Shown: positions 56,926 through 64,000 of the stretch, piece by piece
How the letters are laid out: the number at the start of each line of letters is the position of its first letter
Position numbering within the stretch: position 1 is the first letter of the stretch
From: an uncultured Nitrososphaerota archaeon
GTDB taxonomy: Archaea > Thermoproteota > EX4484-205 > JAAOZP01
NCBI GenBank assembly: GCA_964635675.1
Contig: CAZWPT010000045.1
Coordinates: 79,691-143,690 of the forward strand
Reading direction: 5' to 3'
Length of the DNA stretch: 64,000 bases
Made by a program: the position numbers and the translations under genes
The notes under the pieces: model-generated
Databases searched by the model: none
The model's input: only the letters and a program-made list of their open reading frames with translations
What the model was told of the DNA's origin: nothing

Positions 56926-57561
56926 TTAATCCACCACCTTCAGCTTCGCAACCCCTCCCACATTCAGTTTCTCGAAAACCAGCTTTCCAGCCGATTCGAA
57001 AACTCCTCCAACATTTATATCCACTATTCTCCCCCCGTTGATCTTCGCTACACCGCCCACGTCAAGCTTCTCAAGCTCCGTTAAACCTTTAACAGTCAGC
57101 GTGCCTCCTACACCAAGCTTACTCCCCTTCGCATTCCCCTGAACAGACATAGTTCCACCCACGCTTATGTTTTCAGCATCCACGTCGCCCCCTGATTCCA
57201 AAACTCCTCCGACACTTATACTCCTGCATTTCAAACCATTACCAACCTTAACCACTTTCCCAACATCCACTTCCTCGGCTTCAAGCCTTCCACTCACCCG
57301 CAGCTCGCCATCTTCAAGCCTAACGGCTTTCTCCACGATAAGATTGCCCTGAACATTAATCTTCCCACCGTTTTCAAGATTAAGGCTATAGGCATGCAGA
57401 CTGGAAAGAATATCGCAATCCCCTTCAAACTCCACATTTCCCTTCACGATGATTGCTTCACCAGTCTTAGCCTTGATGGTTGAATGACCCCCGACGAAGA
57501 GGTCTTCCTCTACAACGTCTATTTCCACAGTTTTCCTCGGCTCAATCCTCATTTTTTTCAC
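56926..57561 (-). CDS. bactofilin-like beta-helical repeat protein (paralog of the downstream gene)
   Basis: It has the same repeat architecture (ISVGGVLESGGDVDAENISVGGTMSVQGNAKGSKLGVGGTLTV). The two genes are separated by 2 nt. Confidence 0.5.
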   Translation of the reverse strand: MKKMRIEPRKTVEIDVVEEDLFVGGHSTIKAKTGEAIIVKGNVEFEGDCDILSSLHAYSLNLENGGKINVQGNLIVEKAVRLEDGELRVSGRLEAEEVDVGKVVKVGNGLKCRSISVGGVLESGGDVDAENISVGGTMSVQGNAKGSKLGVGGTLTVKGLTELEKLDVGGVAKINGGRIVDINVGGVFESAGKLVFEKLNVGGVAKLKVVD

Positions 57562-57800
57562 CCACCGGGTTGAAAGAGTGTCAACAGTATTTAAAAGTGG
57601 CTCGCAAAATGTGATTTCGAAAAGTCCTTTCTTAAGGATATGGTTATTCCCCCATCCTCAGCAACAACTATGACATGGCCAAATTAGGCTTGCCGGGGAA
57701 AGCTGAATAACGATAATGTCCACCTGGCTCGTAGCCGGTTTTGAGTTAGCAGTTTTTGAAAACGTTATATACTTATTATGCAGCATATTGCAGGTGAACC

Positions 57801-59111
57801 ATGGTTCTAACTAGGAGGGGAAAGCTAATATACGCCATGGGGAGGCTCGGCTCCTCAATCCTCTTGTCCCTTATAGATCTTGCGACGTTCTGGTTCTACT
57901 GGGATTTTCTGAAGCTGAGTGGTTTTCTAACCGGCGTAGCATTCGCCATCGGAAAACTAGTCATAGCCTTTTTCGGCTGGTACTTCGGCTATCTGAGCGA
58001 CATAACTGTATCAAAGAGATGGGGTAGACGCAGACAGTATGTTTTAGCAGGCAGCCTGCTTCTAGCGTTTTCAACCATCATGATATTCATGCCGAGCTAC
58101 TTCATACCGGTTACGGATGAAATCCTGTTGTTCGTGTACGCGACTTTTTTCATTAGCCTTGCGAACATGAGCTACGGGCTTCTAAGCACGCCCTACATGG
58201 CGTGGCTCGCGGAAATCGTCGGCCCCGAGGATCGAGTTACGGTCTCAGCATACCAGAACATTTTCGGCATGATGGCGCAAGTCGTTGGAATACCAGTTGG
58301 CTTCCTGCTTCCAACCCTTCTGAAAACAGGCTCTCTCGCCTTCCTAGGGATACTACTGGCTCTAGCCGTCTTTGAAATAGTATTGTACATGCCGGCCGTC
58401 CTCAAGATAAGGGAGGAGGAGAAACCGATTCCTAAACCCATTGTTCGGAGAGAGCTCTCCATACTTTGGAGCAACAGGAACTACCGGGCGTGGCTTGCCC
58501 TCCAGGGGGCCATGTCTATTCCAACAGCGGTTCTCGCAAGCCTGGTTATAAGCTATTTGCAGAGAGTTCTGGGCCTAGGCGACGTCGAGTATATGGTGGC
58601 AGGAGGCCTCATGCTCCTGCTAACCATAGTGCTCTTCTTCGTCTGGGCGAGGATAGCTAGGAAAACCGGGAAGAAGAAGCCACTAGTAACGTCTCTCATG
58701 ATCCTAGTGGTTTTCCTGCCTCTAACGCTAGTCTTCGGCCAGCCGGTTCTAAACCCTGTCCCAAGGGTGATTCAAGCAGTCCTGTTCGTCACATTCGTCG
58801 GAGCAGGGATTTCAGGCTGGTACCTCTTGCCGAACCCCGTTACGGCAGACATGGCGCAGGAAGACGAGTTGTCTAAGAGGGAGGCTCGCGCAGGCAGCTA
58901 CGTTGGCTTGGTCAGCGTGCCGCTGAACATACTGCAAGCCTTAGCCCGCTACGTATCCGGCCTCCTTGCAGACCTGCCGCCAGCCCAGGGACAGACATAC
59001 TCCATGGGGCTGTTGCTATGGGGCCCCGTGTCCTCAGTAACTTTAATCCCTTGCCTGCTAATCCTAATAAAATACGTGGAAACAGATCCGTTAAGGAAAT
59101 TCACAAAATAA
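57801..59111 (+). CDS. MFS transporter (glycoside-pentoside-hexuronide/sugar-cation symporter-like)
   Basis: The topology is 12-TM, with a GPH-like N-terminus (FWFYWDFLKLSG). Confidence 0.75.
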   Translation: MVLTRRGKLIYAMGRLGSSILLSLIDLATFWFYWDFLKLSGFLTGVAFAIGKLVIAFFGWYFGYLSDITVSKRWGRRRQYVLAGSLLLAFSTIMIFMPSYFIPVTDEILLFVYATFFISLANMSYGLLSTPYMAWLAEIVGPEDRVTVSAYQNIFGMMAQVVGIPVGFLLPTLLKTGSLAFLGILLALAVFEIVLYMPAVLKIREEEKPIPKPIVRRELSILWSNRNYRAWLALQGAMSIPTAVLASLVISYLQRVLGLGDVEYMVAGGLMLLLTIVLFFVWARIARKTGKKKPLVTSLMILVVFLPLTLVFGQPVLNPVPRVIQAVLFVTFVGAGISGWYLLPNPVTADMAQEDELSKREARAGSYVGLVSVPLNILQALARYVSGLLADLPPAQGQTYSMGLLLWGPVSSVTLIPCLLILIKYVETDPLRKFTK

Positions 59112-59171
59112 CGTGTCCTCTCTCCTATAACGAGTGGAAATTAAGAAATAGCTCATATTACCGGAGAAACA

Positions 59172-59459
59172 GTGTTTTGCAGGTATTGCCAGTTCGGAAG
59201 GCTATTCGCCGCATTACCCAACATCTTCATTCTTAGCCTAAACCTCATACCTATTGGAGTTTCGATCCACATAGCAACCCTCTTAGCAGTATTAATAGTA
59301 GTCCTAATCATTGGAAGAGTCTGGTGCGGATACTGTCTACTCGGCACAATATTCGGAGCATTCAATAGAATCTCAGCCTTAACTATGAACGCGGACTTGA
59401 CAGTGTGCACAGGTTGTAAAAAATGTTTTAATTCATGCCCTATTGGATTGACAGTATAA
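59172..59459 (+). CDS. small membrane protein with ferredoxin-like Cys motifs (NapH/polyferredoxin fragment-like)
   Basis: GRVWCGYCLLG is an RxWCxxxCP-like motif. CTGCKKCFNSCP has the CxxCxxCxxxCP spacing. Confidence 0.4.
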   Translation: MFCRYCQFGRLFAALPNIFILSLNLIPIGVSIHIATLLAVLIVVLIIGRVWCGYCLLGTIFGAFNRISALTMNADLTVCTGCKKCFNSCPIGLTV

Positions 59460-59559
59460 GGGCAATCTGTTCATCTACTTACTGCATTCGTTGCACGAGC
59501 GCGCGCTGAAGTTCTTCCTCAAAAGCAATTCGATTCACTCGAATGTTTAACAGATGCAT

Positions 59560-61095
59560 CTAAGTCAAGAAGGTTGACCTTAATATCTTCCTCCTTCTTA
59601 GCGTCATAAGCAAGAACCCAAAAATAATTACAACGGCTATCATACTTACTAGCAATAAGCGATCTCCAACAGATGATTCGACGGTCGAAGGTTCAACGAT
59701 TAAATATTCGATGCTACTGTTCGCATCATAATAATCATCGTTTCCTTGCCACGAGGCCTTGATAAAATATTCCCCACTTTCAATATTGTTCCATGTGAAG
59801 AAATACGATCCTTCCTCATCCGTATCTATGCTCGTTAGAGAATTCCAGGTTGCTCCGTCAGAAGAAAACCATACTATTACTTTTGAAGAAACGTTAACAG
59901 ATATTTTTCCGAATATTTGAACACTTTCCCCCTCTTTTATCCTTCTAATAGAAAGGCAGCACGTTATGTTTGAAACATCTTTCCCGACGGCGTACAGATA
60001 GGTATCCCAGCTTCCCACATATATTGTTCCGTCAAAGCTGATCGCAGGAGATGACGATATTGCCCACCCTGTTTCACATTTCCACCTTAAAGCTCCATCA
60101 GGGTCTAAAGCGTAAAGAAAATCATCGTAGCTCCCAACATACACTGCTCCGTCTGAGTCAACGGCGGGAGATGAGGCTATCTCTGCACCTGTTTCAAACC
60201 TCCATTTTAAGACACCGTCCGGGTTTAAAGCGTAGATACAATGGTCACCACCACTGAAATATATTGTTCCATCAGAAGCTACAGCGGGAGAAGAAATAAT
60301 CCAGTTTCCTGTTCTATACTTCCATTTCAATCCTCCATCAGGGGTTAAAGCATAAAGATAGGTGTCGCTACAGCCGAAGTATATTGATCCGTCAGGTCCA
60401 ATGGCAGGGGAAGATTCGATCCAGCCTCTAACCGTGTATTTCCATCTTAAAGATCCGTTGGAGTTTAGAGCGTAGAGATTTCCATTATCATCCCCAAAAT
60501 ACATTGCCCCATCGGGGCCAATCGCAGGAGAAGAGAAAATCCTGCCACCTGCATTGTATCTCCATTTTAATGCTCCTTCCGGAGTCAGAGCATACAGGAA
60601 GCCGTCTAAACCGCCAAAGTAAATCGTTCCGTCTAAACCTATTGTTGGAGAAGAATGTACAGAATCCTCTGCCGGAAAGCTGAATTTTAAGCTTCCGTCA
60701 TGATTCAATGCGTATAGAAATCCGTCGTAACTACCGAAAAATATTGTTTCATCAAGGCTTATAGCTGGAGAGGACCTGATTTTACCATTTGTCTTATACT
60801 TCCACTTTAGGCTTCCATCTGGGTTCAAAGCATACAGATTATTATCATCACTGCCGAAGTATATCGTACCGTCTGAACCTATGGCGGGTGAAGACAAAAC
60901 AATACCTCCTGTCTTATATCTCCATTTAAGCCTCCCAACCGGAGACCCTGAATAAGAAGATTCTCCAGTGTGTTTAGCATCATGCATGAACATCGGCCAT
61001 GGGAAATCAGCAAGTGAATCTTGGTTTACGGAAATGATTGGATAAATAGTTATTAAAAGAATGCTTAGAATCACGATTTGATTCAAGTATCTCAA
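59560..61095 (-). CDS. membrane-anchored PQQ-repeat beta-propeller protein
   Basis: At least eight tandem PQQ repeats of about 40 aa are present (GSDGTIYFGSDDNNLYALNPDGSLKWKYKT ...). The protein has an N-terminal signal and a C-terminal TM helix followed by RRRK. The start codon is TTG or GTG. Confidence 0.8.
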   Translation of the reverse strand: MRYLNQIVILSILLITIYPIISVNQDSLADFPWPMFMHDAKHTGESSYSGSPVGRLKWRYKTGGIVLSSPAIGSDGTIYFGSDDNNLYALNPDGSLKWKYKTNGKIRSSPAISLDETIFFGSYDGFLYALNHDGSLKFSFPAEDSVHSSPTIGLDGTIYFGGLDGFLYALTPEGALKWRYNAGGRIFSSPAIGPDGAMYFGDDNGNLYALNSNGSLRWKYTVRGWIESSPAIGPDGSIYFGCSDTYLYALTPDGGLKWKYRTGNWIISSPAVASDGTIYFSGGDHCIYALNPDGVLKWRFETGAEIASSPAVDSDGAVYVGSYDDFLYALDPDGALRWKCETGWAISSSPAISFDGTIYVGSWDTYLYAVGKDVSNITCCLSIRRIKEGESVQIFGKISVNVSSKVIVWFSSDGATWNSLTSIDTDEEGSYFFTWNNIESGEYFIKASWQGNDDYYDANSSIEYLIVEPSTVESSVGDRLLLVSMIAVVIIFGFLLMTLRRRKILRSTFLT

Positions 61096-62447
61096 CGCTG
61101 CTTTCCGAGCCCGGTTTCCCTCTTGTAGACTTTTTCAACAAACGAGTCCCTCACAGGCTTGTAAACCTGGTTGAAAAACTTCTGCTGGTCAAGCAAAACA
61201 TCCTGCGGAAATTCCTCAAGATACTGTAAAGCCCTTCTCCAGGCCTCCTCGTAGGGAACCACCTCATTTATCCTTCTAACTATTTGCTCATCATAATTCC
61301 TTGGAGTCTGTTTAGCATTACCTATCATTAGCCACCCGTCCTCCGACAAGTAGGCAGTCTCATTCCCCAGTTGGAAAACGTTTCTCTCCTCAGCCTGCTT
61401 AGAAGGCTTAACAACACCCCTCCGGCTGGGAGGCTTCTTGGCTTCAACCCCTCTCTGCTTAGCCCAAGCGTAGAATATTGCCCTGTTCAAGCCGAAGGAC
61501 TTGGATTTCTCAATATCTCTTGTTAAAAGGAAGCATCGCGCAGCCTGCAGCAGCGCCATAACCTGGAACCTTCCAAGCCGAGGCGCTTCCTCTCCGCTAC
61601 TTCTCACGCTGCCCGACGGCACGGGGGTCACTCTTTTGAAATATCCTCCGACTGCATTTAAGGCTTTTTCAGCAAGCTCATCCGCCTCCCCGGCTTCAAA
61701 ATCCGTGTAAATCGCTCTATGCTTGAAGCTTCCCGGCTTGACCCATGAAAGATCAAAGTCGTTTATATCATCGGGTTTGAAGCAGACGCATGAGTAGTCC
61801 AGTTCCCTGTGGAGGGATAGCGGGAGGGTGAAAACCCGTTTTAAATCCATCTTGTTCTCGATCTTTGCGCCGGTGGCTAAAGCCGGAAGCCTGGGCTTAA
61901 CCATCCTGGTGACATATTCGACTACTGCGAAGGCAGCGTCAAGAGGATGATGCTTTTCAAGAAGCTCCCTGGAAAACGCTTCTTCAGAAACATGCACGTG
62001 ACACCCCCGGCCGCTCCATTTAAGGTATACTGACTTCACAACCTTCTCCTTCTCAAGCTCCTCAACTATCAGCCTGCAAACAGCCAGGGTTTCACGCCAT
62101 CTTTCAACATCATTATCCACATCCCAGGTTGGGGTTGAGCGGGAAATGTTGGAAACATCCTCCAAGTCCTCGTTTACCGAGAGCCTAACGTATTTATTAG
62201 CTGAGCCGTAGAAAGACCTGGGTTTAGCAAACCAGAATCCTCTGAGCAGCCTATTGATATCGCTTAAATCCTTGAATCTAAGCGGCGACCCGTCTCTATC
62301 ATACCTTATAAAAACCCTTCCCCTGGAACTGCCTTCAATAGCTATCCACCTGTCTCTTCCGTAGTTGAAGAGTTCCCCCGCAACTCTCGGATGAGAGTAG
62401 TACTCGAAAACCCAATCGACACTATTCTGGCGGCTGGGCTTCGCCAT
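61092..62447 (-). CDS. priS: archaeo-eukaryotic primase small-subunit (PriS)-like protein with a C-terminal extension
   Basis: AEP motif I is TWDVDND. Motif II is WSGRGCHVHV. Motif III is MDLKRVFTLPLSLHRE. The protein is 451 aa against a typical 330-390 aa. Confidence 0.65.
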   Translation of the reverse strand: MAKPSRQNSVDWVFEYYSHPRVAGELFNYGRDRWIAIEGSSRGRVFIRYDRDGSPLRFKDLSDINRLLRGFWFAKPRSFYGSANKYVRLSVNEDLEDVSNISRSTPTWDVDNDVERWRETLAVCRLIVEELEKEKVVKSVYLKWSGRGCHVHVSEEAFSRELLEKHHPLDAAFAVVEYVTRMVKPRLPALATGAKIENKMDLKRVFTLPLSLHRELDYSCVCFKPDDINDFDLSWVKPGSFKHRAIYTDFEAGEADELAEKALNAVGGYFKRVTPVPSGSVRSSGEEAPRLGRFQVMALLQAARCFLLTRDIEKSKSFGLNRAIFYAWAKQRGVEAKKPPSRRGVVKPSKQAEERNVFQLGNETAYLSEDGWLMIGNAKQTPRNYDEQIVRRINEVVPYEEAWRRALQYLEEFPQDVLLDQQKFFNQVYKPVRDSFVEKVYKRETGLGKQR

Positions 62448-62546
62448 ACAGTGTTTCCAGCATAGTTTTAAAATAAACTTTTCGAGCTATGGCAGCCAAG
62501 TATTATGTAAAAAGTTTAATAATGGCCGCGCTAAAGAACCGTTAAA

Positions 62547-63728
62547 TTGTCAGATGGACAAGAGGGTTTGAAAAAGGAAGAAGAGGCCCCGCTTCCAGCA
62601 CGCTTCTTAAGACAATTGCTGTTGACAATCATAAATCCTAAGGAGGCTTTTCTCCAGGTTAAGGATTCGCCCACCTTTCTCTCCGTGCTGGCGATTCCAC
62701 CGGTTCTCGTAGTGTTGACTTTCGCACAATACTATGTTTTCTACAAGGTGAAGATGAATATTCCGGCAGCGCTATACACGGAGCAAATAGACTCTTTCAT
62801 AAACAGCCTCATCCAGTTCCGGCTGATGCAGTACATAGTTATAGTGTTGTTCAGCATACTCCTATTACTGCTTATTTTCTCGAGTGGGAGGTTTTTAGGC
62901 GGGTATGGAGACTTTAAGCAGGGCATTTCTGTAACAGGCTATACGCATCTGCCCAATGTTCTGGGCCTAGTTATTATTATCCTGCTGATCCTGTCTACAC
63001 CGCCGGTTCCAACGGGCGTCCTCACATTAGTGGGCTATCCTGCAGGGCAACAGCCGAGGGACGACATAGTAATAAGCTTAATGAATTACACTGGAGAGGA
63101 GTCTAATCTGACGCTGAGGGTGCGGGGTTACTACGGCATCCCGTTAAACGCGACGATAAGTAGTGGCGGCGTGATAATCGGGGCCACTAGAATAGTTGAA
63201 GGTGAAATCAACATTACTTATGCTGTGGCAACTTCCTCAGGAATTAATAAGACTGTGAAACGCATCTGGTTAAACGGAACCAGTCTAAACTATAACACTC
63301 CGCTGATAATGAAAAACATTTTCGACAGCAGAGAGTATTGCGCAGGGGACTGCGCCAAGAGGTTTACTGCCGACTTGACCCTGCTCTTGAACAATACCTA
63401 TGTCTCCCCGGTTCAGGAAAACATGTCCATACCGTACACGCTGACCTTGAATGTTTACGATGAGAGTATGAGGGTGGAAACCCACGTGGTTTCTTCAAGC
63501 TTCTACACGGGAGTGGTGCAGTGTCCGGATCCACAGCCTTTAGTCAACCTTATAAACGAGAGGATTACGCCAATAGTTCAGGTTCTAATCATAGCCATAT
63601 CAGTGTGGCAGTTTCTCCTCTTAGCCATAGCGCTTAGGATTATTCACGAGTTCCAATGGGTCAGAGTCGTGCTTTTCGTAGCTGCGTACGCCGCCGCTAA
63701 GTACTTGCTTCTCGGTTTCACAATATAA
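62547..63728 (+). CDS. Yip1-like/DUF-type membrane glycoprotein (two TM regions flanking a large extracytoplasmic domain)
   Basis: TM segments are present at both ends. The central domain is rich in N-x-S/T sequons (NYT, NLT, NAT, NIT, NKT, NGT, NNT). Confidence 0.45.
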   Translation: MSDGQEGLKKEEEAPLPARFLRQLLLTIINPKEAFLQVKDSPTFLSVLAIPPVLVVLTFAQYYVFYKVKMNIPAALYTEQIDSFINSLIQFRLMQYIVIVLFSILLLLLIFSSGRFLGGYGDFKQGISVTGYTHLPNVLGLVIIILLILSTPPVPTGVLTLVGYPAGQQPRDDIVISLMNYTGEESNLTLRVRGYYGIPLNATISSGGVIIGATRIVEGEINITYAVATSSGINKTVKRIWLNGTSLNYNTPLIMKNIFDSREYCAGDCAKRFTADLTLLLNNTYVSPVQENMSIPYTLTLNVYDESMRVETHVVSSSFYTGVVQCPDPQPLVNLINERITPIVQVLIIAISVWQFLLLAIALRIIHEFQWVRVVLFVAAYAAAKYLLLGFTI

Positions 63729-63742
63729 TCCTGCCTAACTTT

Positions 63743-63940
63743 TCAAAACATCGCCGCTAAACATTTTACGTATGCTTCTGAAACATCCACCCCTGTGCAA
63801 TTCCTAGTGTTAATGTAGAAATCTGGGCGAGAGTTAACCTCTATGAAGTAGACCTCTGCATCCTCCAAAACCTCTTCCAAAAAGCTTCTAAGCTTAACGT
63901 ACTCAGGCGTGCTAAACATTTCTTTGAAGGCTTCATCCAT
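63743..63940 (-). CDS. small hypothetical protein (65 aa)
   Basis: The ORF is present, but there are no motifs. Confidence 0.2.
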   Translation of the reverse strand: MDEAFKEMFSTPEYVKLRSFLEEVLEDAEVYFIEVNSRPDFYINTRNCTGVDVSEAYVKCLAAMF

Positions 63941-64000
63941 TCTCCCCCTTGCCTCCAGAAACCTGTCTAGAGAGAGCCTGGCGCTATTGGAAAAACATTC

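Noticed and set aside
56568-57041. 157-aa Pro/Thr/Ser-rich plus-strand ORF that looks like a mucin-like protein
   Set aside because: It is the antisense reading of the Gly/Val-rich bactofilin-like repeat genes. GGN/GTN codons read as CCN/ACN on the other strand.
1-64000. search for CRISPR arrays, rRNA, tRNA, IS elements and integrases
   Set aside because: I found no regularly spaced direct repeats, no tRNA-like cloverleaf candidates and no T-loop GTTCRANYC with matching acceptor stems. I found no transposase or integrase-like ORFs. The only local duplications are the bactofilin-like tandem paralogs and the intragenic PQQ and CARDB repeats.

Overview
This 64-kb window is densely coding (about 60 genes, roughly 50% GC) and looks archaeal, probably from a Thermoproteales-type crenarchaeon. 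Supporting signs are a family-B DNA polymerase, a GAPN-type aldehyde dehydrogenase, an archaeal-type peroxiredoxin, a PriS-type primase, NikR, substrate-binding proteins anchored by a C-terminal TM helix, and short or absent 5' leaders. I found no rRNA, tRNA, CRISPR array or transposase. Seven things stand out. (1) An Opp/Dpp-type ABC transporter sits next to a compact cluster that resembles bacterial MurNAc/GlcNAc (peptidoglycan amino-sugar) recycling. That cluster is murQ divergent from an operon of a double-GNAT acetyltransferase, an LmbE-type deacetylase, a DUF1343/NamZ-like exo-muramidase and a BadF-type sugar kinase, with a frameshifted GH42-like glycosidase beside it. (2) Two separate membrane proteins carry intact CPBP (CAAX/Abi) intramembrane-protease domains fused to other modules. 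One is CPBP plus a PMT/ArnT-like GT-C glycosyltransferase, next to a Dol-P-sugar synthase. The other is an ABC ATPase followed by an 840-aa permease-like protein with a C-terminal CPBP. (3) A family-B DNA polymerase with intact polymerase motifs but substituted exonuclease carboxylates. (4) An accessory-looking stretch from about 43 to 51.5 kb holds vapBC, a 1118-aa surface protein with an HExxH motif, a decayed HEPN/MNT module, a second PIN/RHH pair and an AT-rich ORFan. (5) Tandem bactofilin-like beta-helix proteins. (6) A PriS-like primase with a C-terminal extension, translationally coupled to a PQQ beta-propeller surface protein. (7) A 59-aa rubredoxin gene that the ORF track missed. All calls rest on motif-level reading of the translations; no database searches were run.
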